From: Azolla caroliniana
Taxonomy: Eukaryota; Plantae; Polypodiophyta
Reading direction: 5' to 3'
NCBI GenBank assembly: GCA_043228905.1
Contig: JBHGNT010000020.1
Location: 8,618,001-8,682,000 of the forward strand
Length of the DNA stretch: 64,000 nt
Positions 38,368-50,300 of this stretch are shown here, piece by piece. Both the position numbers and the translations under genes were made by a program. Position 1 is the first letter of the stretch; each line of letters starts with the position of its first letter. The notes beneath the pieces are model-generated. The model made no database searches. It was not told where the DNA came from and saw nothing but the letters and a program-made list of their open reading frames with translations.

Positions 38368-39229
38368 AGGGGGAGTTTGTTGGGATTACGGTCCCTCCGG
38401 ATGGGATGGTCGGATGTCCGGGAATCGGGAATGAAGACCCGAATGAGGAGTACCCGGTATCGGAACCGGATGATGAAGATCCGGTTTCGGATCCGGATGA
38501 TGAAGACCCCGGCTACGGAGCCGGATGATGAAGACCCGGTTTCGGATCCGAATGATGAAGACCCCGGCTACGGAGCCGGATGACGAATGTACCCGGAGAG
38601 AGATCCGGATGCGGGGACATATTTGTGAATATGTTTTCCAAGGGCCCTCGAGGCTATATTTGTAAATAGCCCGAAAGTCATTTGTGTATAAATATGACTT
38701 AGGGCAAACAGTTTTGTAGTTGTTGCTCATTTTTCTGTTTTCCACTTAGAGGGAGCGAAGTGAGAGCAGCCGAGAGAGAGAGTGAGAGAGAGAGAGAAAG
38801 GAAGAGGTCGACGCCTCTGTGTAATACCGCCGCCTGTGGCGAGGACAGCGAGCTCAAGGTCGTCGCCTTGCAGCTCGCCATTGTACATTCCCTGCGTATA
38901 GTGATAGTTGGAGTCTTGCACTCCCGTGGTTTTTCCCGTCTAGGGTTTTCCACGCTAAACCCTGTGCATTCAAGTCTCTCTCTTTGTGTTTTCGATTTTC
39001 TGCTGCATTGATTCGTGTTTCCTCGGTTGTGGCCGAGAGGTGAAGGTTTTGAAAGCGTCAATTCCTATCAAGGCTTTCATCGCTCCCACCGCTCTTGCTC
39101 ACAAGCCCTCTCTTTTCCTCGTAGCCCCTCTGTTGCACCACAACCATCTCCTTCCGTCACTCTGTCTCGGCCTAGTCTCATCCTCCTTCCCCAATCTTCC
39201 ACACAGCAGAACCCCGAGTCCATTATGCC

Positions 39230-42200
39230 TCTTGCAGCTTCACAGGAAACCCACTCCTGGCTTTAGGAACGAGGATTGGGTGGATATTTAAAGGTGATCG
39301 ATGCCCCTGCACACCCTAATGCCCAAGCGGTCGCACGCCGAATCCACCTGGACACAGTCACCAACAATATGATTCGTGCTGCCTTGGACCTAAAGCGAGG
39401 AGGTGATCATGAAGTCGGGATTCCCCCTTCCACGACCCTGAAAGGAATACTTTGGTGCGTATTCCATATCTAGTAAGGCCTATCGCACGTACGGTGGATC
39501 AAACAAGGCATTCGGAGAAATCGCTCGCATCCTGATGGAGTACGCGTTCGTGCATACCAACCCTACAAGTATGCCACAGAACAAAGTGGCGATCATTATT
39601 AGTGCATACAAGGGAAACAAAATCGATCGGGGCATCATCACAAGCAAAGGAGTCCATACGGCGCTCGAATCCTTCCAAACCGGTAAGCATTTGTTGCCTG
39701 TGATCAATCACTTCCTCACAGTCCTCTACCCACCCCCTCCAGTTTCCCCTCGTCGCATCCTGACCTGTCCACCACCACCAAGGAAACAAAGGGAGAAGAT
39801 TTTGGCGATAACCCAGGAAGAATGGGAAGACCCCTCGCCTTCTCCACCTCCCTCAGGTGTACGGAACCCCACTTCCGCTTCGGCACCACCCCCACCCAAA
39901 AACACAGAGACAACAGGCGGTAGCAACGACCCGTGTCGAATGGGACGAGGCCAAGGAGCCCTTCCATGAGGATGTCACCATACGGCAGAAACTGCCAAGG
40001 ACATCAATGACCTCTCCGCAACCGAGCCCACGGCCCACAAGCCACCAGCCCTCGACCATCCGACGACAAAAGAGGAAACAGGCCGAGGAGCCAACACCAC
40101 TGGCCCCGGACGCACAGGAGCAGCCACCAAAAAGACACCGCATCATTCGAGAGGCAACCACAGAAACCGAGGGCGACCATCATCAGAAATCAAAAGAGGC
40201 CAGCCCCACCTCCATAGACATGGTACCGGCGGAGTCATGGCTCCAAGTCGGTATGATCGAGCATGGACAAACCACGCAGATATCAGAGGAGGAAGTCCTC
40301 GGTTACAAAGATCTCCCCGCGGAAGCATACGAGTTCATTGCACGCACTACTTCAATTGGGCACAACATATGAGTTAATGGATTTCCTCGCGCACGCCCAA
40401 GTAGCTGTCACCGCTCGTATGGCCGAGGAGCATGCCGAAACAAAGATGATTCAACGCGCTCTAATGGGTGAAATCGAACCTCACGAGGATCGAGCCTTAC
40501 AGAAGATAGGACGGAAGAAGCAAGTAGAGAATGCTTCGCTCCTCATTGAACAAATGGATCTAAACATGGCCTTAGTCTAGGCATATCGCAACTTGCACCA
40601 CACTACTCAGGCAGCCAAGGATATGGCGCAATGTATCAAAACGACGCATCAGCAAGCCAAACAGGCTACCGAGTTATGGCAAGCCGCCGAGGAGAAACTA
40701 GCGGCATTCAAGCAGCAGCACCCTGAACAACCGCCCTTAAGCCTCCCTGTGCCAAGTGACGTTGTCTCACCAACCACTCTTCCAAACCTGAGCCCGAGTG
40801 CTGAAGGTACCGATGCACACAAGGACGATACCGCCCACCCTAAGGTAGCCACGGCCGAGGCCAGCACAATGACGGACTCGGTACAAACAAGTGAGCCGTC
40901 GCCACGGGCAAATATCAGCCTGCATCCCTAAACCAACCAAGCCTCCACGCAAACGCCACCACCCTTGGTCGTCATGGAACGATCAACACAGACAAACAAG
41001 GAGCCCTCGTCCCAAATCCAACAAGCGGCAACCCAGACGGGGCCTCCCCTTCGGGACTACTAGGAGGAGCTTCATGCCTAGATCACTCTGGCCGAGTTGG
41101 CAGAACAGAACCACAACAACATTCTTGGCCAGCTACGGGAACAAGCCACGAGCCGCGAAGCGAACCTCAAGCGACTGCTTGCTGAAAGGTCGGCCGCACT
41201 TGAAGCACGAGAATGAGAGGTGATGACCCTCCAGGTCTCTATCACTGAGGCTAAAGAACGTTTCATCAAAGAAACCGAGCAAAATAGCCAACGGGAACAA
41301 GAGCTCTTCGCAGACAACCAGGAATTACGGCGTCATCAAAGAGCCTTACAGGACATGGCCAACGAACATATGCAAAAGTGGAGGATCTTGGAGGAGCAAC
41401 GAGCGAAAATTTCTTATGCATATCACCAGTTGCAAACCGAGCACATCGCCGTCTGAGAACAACATCGGGACGCTTGGTGATAGGAAATGGACGAAACTGT
41501 AGCTCAGCTCACCAACCGTTATGAGCAGACCATCGCACTCATCACGGAAAAAGCAAAAGATAATCAAGCTACTTTAGCACTCTTCGCCCGCAAAAGCCAA
41601 GCAAAAGCCAAAGTCGCAAGGGAGGCAATGGAAGTTCACCGCGCTAGCATCGGCATGGACGATACCAAAATCAAGATCCTAATCAACAAGTATCGCCATC
41701 AATTCACCACGAAGATCAAAGAAACGCTTGACCATGTCTGGCAGGGGTGGTGAGCTCAAGCCGCGGACCTACACATACTACGCGCGGATGCCGAGAACCG
41801 ACAGAAGGAGAGCCGAGGGTTTTACAAGATGGATGACACCAGCATCAAGACCCTCCGTGAAGACTTAACGGAGGAATATCATACCTTGGCAACATCCCAC
41901 ACCGCAGCCATCAAGCAACTCTTGGAGGAATTCAACGATGATCTAATGGTGTTTCGTTTAGAAGCCGAAGTGTACGAGGAGGAACGACTCGCTACCGGGA
42001 GTCACAGAGCTCCCACCACCACCGAGCAAGGAACCAAGTCACTCCCCACGGCAGCTCAACCGAAGGAACCTACCCCTACCGACCTCCACATCCCAACCGA
42101 GTCACTCCCCACGGCAGCTCGACCGGAGGAACCTGCCCCTACCGACCTCCACATCCCAACCGAGCCACTGACCACGGCAGTTAGACCAGAGGAACCTGTC

Positions 42201-42401
42201 CCTACAGACCTCCACATCCCACCGGAGCCACAGACTATAACCTCGACCCTGCCTGAATCGGTCCCAACAGAGGAGGGCACACACGACAACACCGCCATCC
42301 CCAACTCGGTAACACAACCTCCATCACCAACCCCATCTGCCGAGCAGCCAGCCCAACCCCACGCCCCCGAGGATATCCTCGGCATATTGGAAGAGGAATA
42401 A
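39230..42401 (+). pseudogene. accessory 3' ORF of Gypsy-2, disrupted (start approximate)
   Basis: Fragments from 39276 to 42401 are homologous to the Gypsy-1 accessory ORF. Coiled-coil and Pro/Thr-rich segments; ends EDILGILEEE*. Confidence 0.7.
42039..42227 (+). repeat. 3 x 63-bp in-frame tandem repeat
   Basis: SLPTAAQPKEPTPTDLHIPTE-like 21-aa units starting at 42039, 42102 and 42165. Confidence 0.9.
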
Positions 42402-43010
42402 AACCAACCTATAAGCCCTCGTAGGAACGGGCAATTTTTGTAATTTGTGTTGTTTTGCCAAATCCATGGTGAACCGTGGGTCCGACGGACAAAGTCCTGT
42501 TCCACGGGCGTGCCAAGTGTTGTCCATAGGCCAGAAATAAAAATTAGTTAAATGTAATACGCCAGTAGGTAAGGCGAGTAGGTAAGGAAGGTAGAGTTAG
42601 GAAAACACCGAGTTTCGAGCCTCACAGTCAGTCAACCGCTTGGCTCTGTATGAAGAAAATGTATATAAACTGAGGTCTGTGTACCTCGGCAAGAGAGAGA
42701 TACCTAGATCATTTTGAGCGAGAGTAATATCATAGGAGCAAGCTCTGTACGTACTGTTTCTGGCTAAGGCTGAGTACTGTAATCACTGTAACCTTCATCA
42801 TGGAATATAAGTTTCGTCTTTTCTAAACTCCTATCTGTGTATTCTCCCCATACTCGTAATTCAGGCTACGTTCATACTTAACGGGTTGTAGCCCGTGTAC
42901 GATCCTTGTTCTCTTTTTTTCTGTGTAGAAGAAGCTTCCACATAACACGGTCCCTTGACACCGATAGCTTGTGGGCTCATCGAAGGTGTTTTCCAAAGGA
43001 ACGGATAACA

Positions 43011-43158
43011 CAAACTCTCTCTTTCTCTCTCTCTCTCTCTCGTGTTTGGTTGCCTCCGGGTCGTATCCGGAGTCAGTTTTCTCGGCATCCCTTTTTCCCC
43101 TCGTCCGAGACCCCCGTGGTCCCGCCCCTTCTACACACACGCGCGTAATAACGTGACA
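43011..43158 (+). repeat. 3' (U5) end of a gypsy-D-related LTR
   Basis: gagacccccgtggtcccgccc...acgtgaca resembles the end of the gypsy D LTR. Confidence 0.7.
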
Positions 43159-43752
43159 TCGGCACGGCTACAACGAGTACATGGCCCATCATTACACCTT
43201 CGCGATGAAGGTAGCAGCCGAACAAGAGCCCAAGAGCTCCACCGAAGCGACTCGTAACCCACGATGGGTGGAAGTAGTCGACCTTCACCCACACACTACA
43301 AGCCTTCGTCACCGGCTTGAGGGGGAGGAACCGAGATTGCCACAACGAAGAAAGCCGAAGGCCGGACAAAAGCACACGAAGCCCACAAAAGACAAAGCGG
43401 ATGTCGGACACCTCACACTTGAGCTTGAGGGGGCGTGTTGAGAGATCAAGCTCAACTTAGTTTAGTTAGTTAGTCAACCATGTAACTTCGTAGTTACCTA
43501 GATAGAATCTAGTTAGAAGTGTTGACTATAACGACTTAAATAGGACATGTATTTAAGTAGGATATTCTAGATCCTCCACTCCCAAGGTCATTTAATATAG
43601 GACTTACACGGTTGTACCTATATTCTCCTCACACATGTGCACCCTTGCACATGAGATCTATATATACCTCATTGATGGTATTTTTGTATTTGATGATGAT
43701 AATGCTAATTTAATATACTTACTCATCCCCCATCTTGTGTTGTTCATAAGTG

Positions 43753-43809
<57 letters not shown>

Positions 43810-43917
43810 TACTCTCACACACATACACACACATATCACATAATCTTTCGCTTATCAACTAATCACATAATTAGGTACTAATTAACCCTTGCTTAATTAC
43901 TTACCTAATTCTTAACA
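43159..43917 (+). mobile_element. 3' end of an internally deleted copia family A copy (3' LTR 43436-43917)
   Basis: The pre-RT peptide (YNEYMAHHYTFAMKV...EP...PRW) jumps directly to the 3' UTR. PPT and LTR match 6829-7169 plus 12663-12886. Confidence 0.85.
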
Positions 43918-44849
43918 TGGCATGATGCTCAAAGGATGCCAAAAACGCACCAGCATCTTGTGTTCTTTCACTCGAGAATGCAAATTGCATTGCTAGAGCT
44001 AATACAATACACTAACACCAAGAAAGAATAGGACCTACCTCCTATACGGAAAGGATCAACCCTCCTTGGAGTGCCAAAATGATAGGGTGTATAAGACAAA
44101 TGATAGTCGTACACAATATGAGGGGTTGATCAAACCGATTAGATGAAGTTGTGAATTATAATAGTTTTTATAGATCAAGGTAACTACGAATTAGAGAGGG
44201 AGACTCAAGAAATTAAGACAAAAGGTAAAGAATATGAGAAAGAGATAAGAATGTTATAATATTCCACTATCAAATCAATAGCAAGGGGATAAACTCCAAA
44301 TTGAACTAAAAAACCAAAGAACTTCTTACTTCCAATCACCGAAAGCTACAAATGTCTTTCACTATTCTACCTTAAACCTCTTTCTTCCTTAGACTATGCT
44401 TCCTTCTTCCCACTAGTAGGACCTCTCCTCCTCTACTAAGACTCCCCTCCTTATTACAAAGGTATCATTTCCCCCTTCCTTATCCTCCTTCATCTCACTT
44501 CTTATAATCTTCTTTTTCTTCCTCGTTCATGCCTCTTTTAGAGGCTTTTTATCTCCTATTTTTAGCTAAGACACGACTGCCTTCGAATCGTCATATCTCC
44601 CTCATCGAAGCTCCAAATTTAGAGATTTAAAATGTTATAGTTAGTTCTCTTTACAAGATTTCTAACCCATATTTAAACATGATATTTGGGTTACAAACAA
44701 AAGAGTTATGATCATTCCTTTTAGACTATTTTTTGTGACCCGCTTTTTGTCTTTTTACTTTTCTCTATGTCTGTTACTTTTACTTTTAACTTCTTCTCAA
44801 GGTCTTGGTTCTTGTTCTAAGCCTCCAAATGTGAATGCTTCATACCTTA

Positions 44850-45589
44850 TATTTTTCTAGTGTTCAATAGCTTGAATTCTAAAAACACTTTCACACTAGG
44901 GAGTAGGATTTTGATGGGTACTTTAATGTCCCACAAAAAGAGAAGAATAAAGCATGTGTGGGGAGGAAATAAATGGAGAATTGCTGACGAATTGGCTATC
45001 TTAAACGTGTTGTAACGACCTCCCCTTGTGCTATAAAAGGGGAGGTTTTGAACTATTGCAACATCCATAGATTGGAGAACAAAGTGGTGACAGTTTGAGT
45101 GCCAAGCTCTGTCGTTCCCTCTGTTTCTATCATGTGCAGTTTACGGGAGAAGGTGGAGGCCTCTGCTTGCATAGGAAGCCTGTGTGCTTCCGACCTGAGG
45201 TTCATCCTTCTACGTGTGTGTGATTAGAACCCTAGGCTCTGTTGTCAACCATTTCCGATTGTAATCTTTCTTGCTTTTCTCTGTTAAATCATTATTTTGT
45301 TGATTCTATCCTTGTGTTCAAGCATTCCCTCATTGTCTCTGTTCGTCTCGGGTTCGTTGTGCCCAAGCCCGTGTGCTCGTCCGTTGAGATTCGGCCGCTA
45401 ATCCGGAGCAGTATACATCTCTAAGCCCGTGCACTCGTCGTCTGGCATTCAGGAACCGATCCGGATCGGATACGTGTCCAATCGATCTGGCGAGGTTATC
45501 CGGACAACCTTCATCTCTCACTAGGTCCTTGGTCCAAGACCCTAGTGGTCCCGCCCCGTTTCAACACACACACGCGGAAAACCGTGACA
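44850..45589 (+). repeat. partial gypsy-D-related LTR (left boundary approximate)
   Basis: gctataaaag TATA-like motif at about 45030 and terminal gtggtcccgcccc...accgtgaca as in the other D-like LTR ends. Confidence 0.6.
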
Positions 45590-45599
45590 ACGTGCCATG

Positions 45600-46099
45600 T
45601 GTTGGCCTAAGAGTATGATTTGGAGGAGAAGTGTGGACAGGGAAGAGTTGGATTGGATTAATAATGTAAATATTAGTTAGTAATTTAATAGGAATGGACG
45701 GATCTGGATAGTTGTACCGATCCGTATCCGCACCGATTAGTAGCCGGTAACTGGTAGCTGGTAAGGCATCATTTTGTAATCTGTACCGGATGCCTATAAA
45801 ATGATCCGGACCGATGTATAAATCTTATGGAAGTAATACAAGTTAAGCGTGCTTTTGTTGTTAATCTTATTGTCTCCTTTGTGTACTTGTCATATGTGAT
45901 GTAACTATTAATCATACACGTGTAATTAAGAATTGGATACGTATTAAGTGGTTCGGAAGGCAATCCGGTAGTAGTCGGAGTGTTACGTATAATTTGTCGG
46001 ATCATTACCAGATAATCATCCATATCCCAACCACCCCTTTGGAGACGTGTTCCAAAGAGGACACCATGTGTTTGTGGCTAGTCCGGCCCAAGATAAACA
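45600..46099 (+). repeat. 3' LTR of a Gypsy-1-related element, inserted in copia E
   Basis: Preceded by cgtgccatg, with TGTT...AACA termini and blocks shared with 6385-6828 (gatccggaccgat, ttaagcgt, ccctttgg, gtccggccc). Confidence 0.75.
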
Positions 46100-46600
46100 G
46101 ATCTCATGTCTTGTAACCATGTGTCAACATCTGACGCGGCTATGGCATCCTCGTAGGAGGTTGGTTCTCCTACGTTCTTGTAGTTCACGTTGTCTAGTCC
46201 TAGTGAATAGAACTCTATCAGCCTTCTGACTCATGTGGATCTCCTAGTGGATCAGTATTGCTTGAACCACCTCCAAGAGTCATTCGGGATTACTCGCCCA
46301 TGTAATAGGATTTCAGCGATGTCGAATCATCTTCCCCTATTTCGGGATTGATTGATAGGTTAGCCTTTTCCTTGCTCATTTTGACTTTGTCAGTGTTGGC
46401 TCTTCTCAATCTCGTAGTCGAATCAATTTCAACTAGTGGACCTCTTGCCGATTTGGAGTTGGCAAGTGTGGTGTCGGCATGGTCGATTTCAACTGTTTGA
46501 CGAATATCTGATTCGGCCCGGTGGGTCGATCTTTCTACGATGTCTCTATCGACTTCGAAAGAGACCTTTTTGCCGACTATTTTCTATTGGTTCTGCTCAG

Positions 46601-46637
46601 AACACCGGGTCATTTGAAACAGGTAATATGTCGTATT
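46601..46637 (+). repeat. left terminal inverted repeat
   Basis: AACACCGGGTCATTTGAAACAGGTAATATGTCGTATT. Confidence 0.95.
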
Positions 46638-47362
46638 CTCTTTTGGCATAGTTGGCCAGATGTAGAAAAGTACCCTATTTTAGCCTGATATCGAAAATAT
46701 ACGATGCATGCGTACCCCTTTTGCGACTTGATGGTTAAATATAGAACAAAAAAAACCTAGCAATTACTAAATTGTATATGTGTCCACATTCGTGTCAATT
46801 TGCATATCATGGAGCACAATTGAAGACTTGGTTCAATATAAAGTTCTAAAATTGGTATCCATAGTCAAATTGTAGAGTAAAACTACATAAACCGTAATTA
46901 TAAATATGTGGTTTTGGGTTTAGGAATAAAGTAGTACCCCACTTGTTGGACGGGTATATCGATAGTTTCATTGTATAATGTCATATAGTTCATGACAATG
47001 TAATTGGTAAGAGTAACAACTACGTACAACATTCATTTATACTATGTGGAACCAGTAGACTTGAACCGTAGGTAACTAAAAACCTCTTATTATCAAAACA
47101 TTCGCCTTTTCATATACAGTCATGCTAACGGAAATGAGAAATTACAATATCATGTTAATATCTCAAACTGAAGAAGAGCATAGTGACCAATTATATGTAA
47201 ATACAAACTACGGTTCCAATAATGATTAAAAAGGGAAATTATGAACAGGTGAATTTAATTAAACGATAAACAATTACAGATGTTCTCATATACAAATATA
47301 ATATGAAGTGATGGTGAACATTATGCCTCAAAATCCTCAATTTTTACATTACACCATCTACA

Positions 47363-50300
47363 TCAATCTATAAGCAAATCAGGCAGAGCAGGCTCCTCTG
47401 GCGCCGATTGTTCTAGACTGTTTTCATTCGTGTCATCTCCAAGCTCTCCCGAATCTGATGTATGGTCAAACTGTGCTACATCTTCCAGGTCCACCAGCTC
47501 CCCTGCTTCTTCATCAATTGGTTCCATTGGTTCTCGTGAAGTCATCTGGAACATCTCTGTCTCGTTGATGTGTTTTGCTCCGACTTCTTGATCCTGATCT
47601 GGACAGTCCCAGATTCCTGTGATCCTCATTTTGATGAAGTTAACTTGAGCAGGGTCCTTCTCCAATGCAACACAGTTTCTAAACATCTTCAATGCACAAA
47701 GCTGTCGTTGTACCTAATGGTCGCATGAACACAAACAAGTATATATAAGAAGTAACGTCTTAAACTTGATCGACAGGATTGAAATTAAATATATATATTA
47801 TACCTGTGCCAGAGAACAAGTCTAGGACCCAATCATCTGGATTCGAGAAGAGCTCTATGAGGCGGTTGATCAATCTTTGAGGTTTTTGATAAGGGTTCAC
47901 CATACTTTTATCCCCTGACACATGTCTTAATTTTTTGGTTACAGTTGGGCACATGATGTAGTTAACCACGTTACGCTCATTGACATGTGCTCTAGCCTTC
48001 TTCTTTGTAATTGAATCATAGTAGCCCACACAAAAATGTTCGACCGCACTAACCATTCGATCACCAGGGCTACGTGTAATATTTGTTTTGATCCTATAGA
48101 GAAAGAAAATCAAGTATTAGAGGTGTAAATGTGTACATATAATAAGAAGTACTGTAATGAGTAAAAGCGAACTATAACGCACCAATGCATGTGTTCAGTG
48201 GCATGACAACGGGACTTCAAAGCTGTTGTGACTGACAGTGATTGCCCCATGCTATGAAATATGACTATCCTCCACAAGGGGGCCAATGTCAGTTCTGCGA
48301 AATCCTTTACCATTTTCTCGATCTGAGGGTACTTGAAAGGCACATCATCATATGTTGATCCCGCAATACGGAAACCATATGGTATGTCAGCTATCAGCAA
48401 AGTGTAGTGCCTTCTCGGTAACAGTTCGAGCATCTGGGATACTTCGCCATTGAAAACACTATAATGAAGCTGTTTGAAAGGATCGGACCTATGCAAAAAA
48501 CTCTTTACAGTCTCCGAATCCTCGGGCAGTTCCATTTCCTTCCCTTTGGTCATTCTCTTCTCATATTTCGCATGTTCTAAGTGCGTGATGAAGGCCGCTG
48601 GAATACCGTCATTATTGTCGTTGTTCTTTTTCGATTTTGATGGTTTCTGCAAGTGTCATTGTTGTTAGCAGGGAACATTAGTTTCTAACATATCAACATT
48701 CAAAAGACACATACCCATTCTCTAAATACAATAAAATATTCCTCCAATGCCTTGTAGGAAGAAGTTATCAGGCAGGCTTGTTCAACTTCTTCCCCTGTCG
48801 GTAAACTCAGTTTTTGCATCATCAACTCCTGAATCTTCATGTATACCTTGTGACTGCACAATCAATATGAAATTAGAAATAAGATATTCAAAATAATTGA
48901 AGACTTTCATGAAAAGGTATACTATAAACACTTACTTTTGCAAGTCTGTTACCATCTCGTCCAAACTAAATTCCTTGGCGACCACTCGAGATAGCACGGA
49001 TATTAACAATCTATCATCTTTGATACCTTGTAATGATCTCCAAGGTAAAAGTTTCATGTCCTCTGCTAACTCCTTGATTACCAAGTCGCTTTTTCCCTTG
49101 GTCTTTGATTTCATCTCAACTTGTGGATCAATTCTTCCCTTTTTTGATCTTTGCCCCTTGACTTCTTTCCGCTCCCACATAGAGAATATTTTGTCTTGGA
49201 GATCCCACACCTCTCCGGTCCGAAAAGCTAGTTGAAACCAAGAATCATATTTTCGGAGACCTTCGGATTTGGTACTCTCATCCACTGCAATCCCTACTTC
49301 CAATAAACACTAGCGTCGCAATCCAGGCCACAATCTTGGACCAAAACGATTCAAGGCATCCAGGTATTCATGATGAAAAAATCTTATCCTCTCTATACAT
49401 GACATCTTTTGTCTATAATCGTTGTCATTGTTATGGTCCCATGCGAGCAGCTTCGCCTCCTCGTGAGTTAGTCCTGCATATACCTTACATTCGGCGTACT
49501 TGAAGAACGACGTGAGAGGATATTCTTTGACAAGCTGTCGTCGAGCTTCGGCCGAATGTGATCCTCCGATTACATAGTATGTGTAATCGTTTGCAGAGCT
49601 ATACTTGAAATCTGCTACTGTTGGGCATTGTTCTTGATCAACCATTACCAAAAATGGCACAACAATAGCGTGAGGATTGATTTTCATTTTGCTTTTCAGG
49701 TTTTGCACATGGACGGAGTGCGGCTCCCTAATTTCCAGGGGACGTCTGCCAGTCACGGGGTCAATGGGGGGCCTTTGGATAGAAGTAATGGGCAAATGAA
49801 ATAGTTGGCCCCTGCGCACAAGTTTAGTCTTCACAATATTTTCTCTTATTTTATTTTGTTCTGACGTCAGGACACCAGAAGATAGTTGTCCGCCTGGAGC
49901 CACGACGTCGACTTGTTGGTCGTCTTCTTCTTCCACGAACTCTAATATTTCTTCTTCTTCTTCTTCGGGTCGTGGTCGTTTAGTATATTTCTTTTGAACA
50001 GGATTTGTCTTCCTAGACTTTTTCGGTGGAGTTTTTGCTTCACCGGTCATCATCTCTCCTGTCACGTACGGCCGAAGAGCTACCAACAAGTTATTTTTCG
50101 TTTGCAGGCCTTTACGCAAAGCCTTGGGATTGCAAGATTCGGGTACTAGGTTTCCCTCATCAAGTCGCAATCGCCTGTTGCCAACTGAGCTCGAGACGTC
50201 GATTAAAATACTTGTAGAGTCAATGTCTTCGTACTCTAGCTTGGTTACATGCCCGTAATTAAATGTTTTTCCAAGCTAAAGTTTCCCTTCCCCGTCTGAT

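Larger units (their letters stand above)
33570..39070 (+). mobile_element. young full-length Tnt1/Tork-like copia 'G'
   Basis: 693-bp LTRs at 33570-34262 and 38378-39070 (about 8 substitutions by eye), TSD aggct, Met-i PBS tggtatcagagc at 34266-34277, PPT gaagggggag at 38366-38375. Confidence 0.97.
31906..43010 (+). mobile_element. Athila-like gypsy 'Gypsy-2': end of RNase H, integrase, accessory ORF and 3' LTR (42518-43010); hosts copia G
   Basis: The integrase is homologous to Gypsy-1 (YGCPIDLISDQGGH, STPYYPQAN). The spacer sequence rejoins across the aggct TSD. The 3' junction motif is the same as in Gypsy-1. Confidence 0.88.

Noticed and set aside
6957-43917. The two family A LTRs as the ends of one 37-kb element
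   Set aside because: Both are preceded by a PPT and 3' UTR, so both are 3' LTRs of separate insertions.
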